Origin: Piedraia hortae CBS 480.64
Lineage: Eukaryota
NCBI GenBank assembly: GCA_010093745.1
Contig: MU005957.1
Span: forward strand, 372,001-436,000
DNA length: 64,000 bases
Reading direction: 5' to 3'
In this document: piece by piece, positions 63,052 to 64,000 of the stretch
How positions within the stretch are numbered: position 1 is the stretch's first letter
Layout of the letters: each line of letters begins with the position of its first letter
Notes under the pieces: generated by a model
What the model was told of the DNA's origin: nothing
The model's database searches: none
What the model saw: the letters and a program-made list of their open reading frames with translations, nothing else
Program-made: the position numbers and the translations under genes

Positions 63052-64000
63052 CTAAGAGGGAAGAGGGCGTGGAAGGTCTTGTTGTGCCAGCTTAAGACCG
63101 AGCTTTTCGAGAAAATCATCGGCCTGTTTACGCACACGCTTTCTTTGTTTCTTGGCACGAGCAGATTCCAGCTTACTATTGCGTGCTTGCACCCGTGGAT
63201 CATTCTCTGAGTGAATGATATTTTCATGGGGAATCATCTCAAACGGACTGCTTTCAGGCTGAGCAGCTGCAGCTCGAATTCGTTCAGTCTCTTCGCGCTG
63301 TTTTTGAAGACTCTCCATCTGCGCTTTCCTTTCGTTCTCATCGGCACTGAACTGGAAGAAGCCAGTGCCCTTGCTGCGAACCTCATGTTTGCTTTCGTAG
63401 TGCTCATCCGCAAGGGGCGTCGGCGAACGATCGCGTTTGCTAGCCAAATCCTCCATTGCAGCTGGCGCTTCGAACGCCGCGTGCTGGACGGTATCGCCAA
63501 CAATGATCTGTGCTGGTGCACTCGGCCGAGCAGTGAAGCGGTCTTCGCGATCACGATCCGCCGCATTGGCGGCTTCCAGAGCAGTTCCTTTGCGTGTACG
63601 TCCAAACTCGTCGACGTATTCAACATTTGCAGCATCGTCTTCCTGCTCGGAGTCGGGTTCTCCCGGAGGCCGTTCAGCCCATTTGCGGTCAAAATCGACC
63701 GCATATCGCTCGTCTTTGTCTTCAATATCGCCACGTTTCATGGCTGCATAAAGGCGAGACTTCTCTTCCAGCTTTGCCCGGCTGCGTTCCAAGTCCCGAA
63801 GCTCAGCCTGTTCAGCTTCCCTCATTGCTTGGCTCTCAGCCATTTGGCGTACGCGTGCATGGTACGCCAGCTTTTTGCGCTGCTTGTTGCTCATCTGCCC
63901 ATTGGCCGGGGGAGCCTGGCCCGGCTTGTAAACCTTGTGCTGCTTCTGCTTCTGTAGTGCAGGCGGCAACGGCTTATTCGGTATTTGCGCATGATCTGGC
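63052..64000 (-). CDS. CCDC174-like (DUF4078) protein, 5'-truncated by the window edge
   Basis: LEEKSRLYAAMKRGD, VDFDRKW, VEYVDEFGRTRKG, HYESKHEVRSKGTGFFQFSADE; frame stays open to position 64000. Confidence 0.82.
   Translation of the reverse strand, partial: PDHAQIPNKPLPPALQKQKQHKVYKPGQAPPANGQMSNKQRKKLAYHARVRQMAESQAMREAEQAELRDLERSRAKLEEKSRLYAAMKRGDIEDKDERYAVDFDRKWAERPPGEPDSEQEDDAANVEYVDEFGRTRKGTALEAANAADRDREDRFTARPSAPAQIIVGDTVQHAAFEAPAAMEDLASKRDRSPTPLADEHYESKHEVRSKGTGFFQFSADENERKAQMESLQKQREETERIRAAAAQPESSPFEMIPHENIIHSENDPRVQARNSKLESARAKKQRKRVRKQADDFLEKLGLKLAQQDLPRPLPS

Overview
Eukaryotic DNA from a filamentous ascomycete (Pezizomycotina; a compact-genome Dothideomycete is my inference). 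Introns are short GT-AG type (41-80 nt), mostly with CTRAY branch points. About 28 protein-coding genes are supported. Bases 1-25 kb are an extremely tightly packed housekeeping block: Ibp1-type rhodanese phosphatase, MepB oligopeptidase, thymidylate synthase, Msp1, Rrp8, Nur1/Mug154, a hypothetical protein, a non-canonical triosephosphate-isomerase paralog, Erg28, queuine tRNA-ribosyltransferase, an RfeC-type C2H2 factor, a DAK-family protein with an eroded Dak1 domain, Krr1, an RBR E3 ligase, cystathionine beta-lyase, a Tda10-like kinase and Fox2. Pma1 follows. An accessory island at about 31.3-39.2 kb holds an intact but highly divergent truncated Sin3 paralog (NLS + PAH3-like + HDAC-interaction domain only), a pair of ~95-120 bp inverted repeats 4.8 kb apart, and a decayed two-gene DDE integrase-core (IS3EU-like) transposon remnant. 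The right part holds a Cys-rich single-pass surface protein, Set3, Hrq1, a hypothetical protein, a 2272-aa Msb2 mucin, a small Cys-rich protein, a pinin-domain protein and a partial CCDC174-like gene. No rRNA, tRNA or CRISPR array was recognised. The best novelty candidates are the mini-Sin3, the TIM paralog plus kinase-dead DAK pair, and the transposon/inverted-repeat island. All family calls come from motif recognition by eye; no database search was run.
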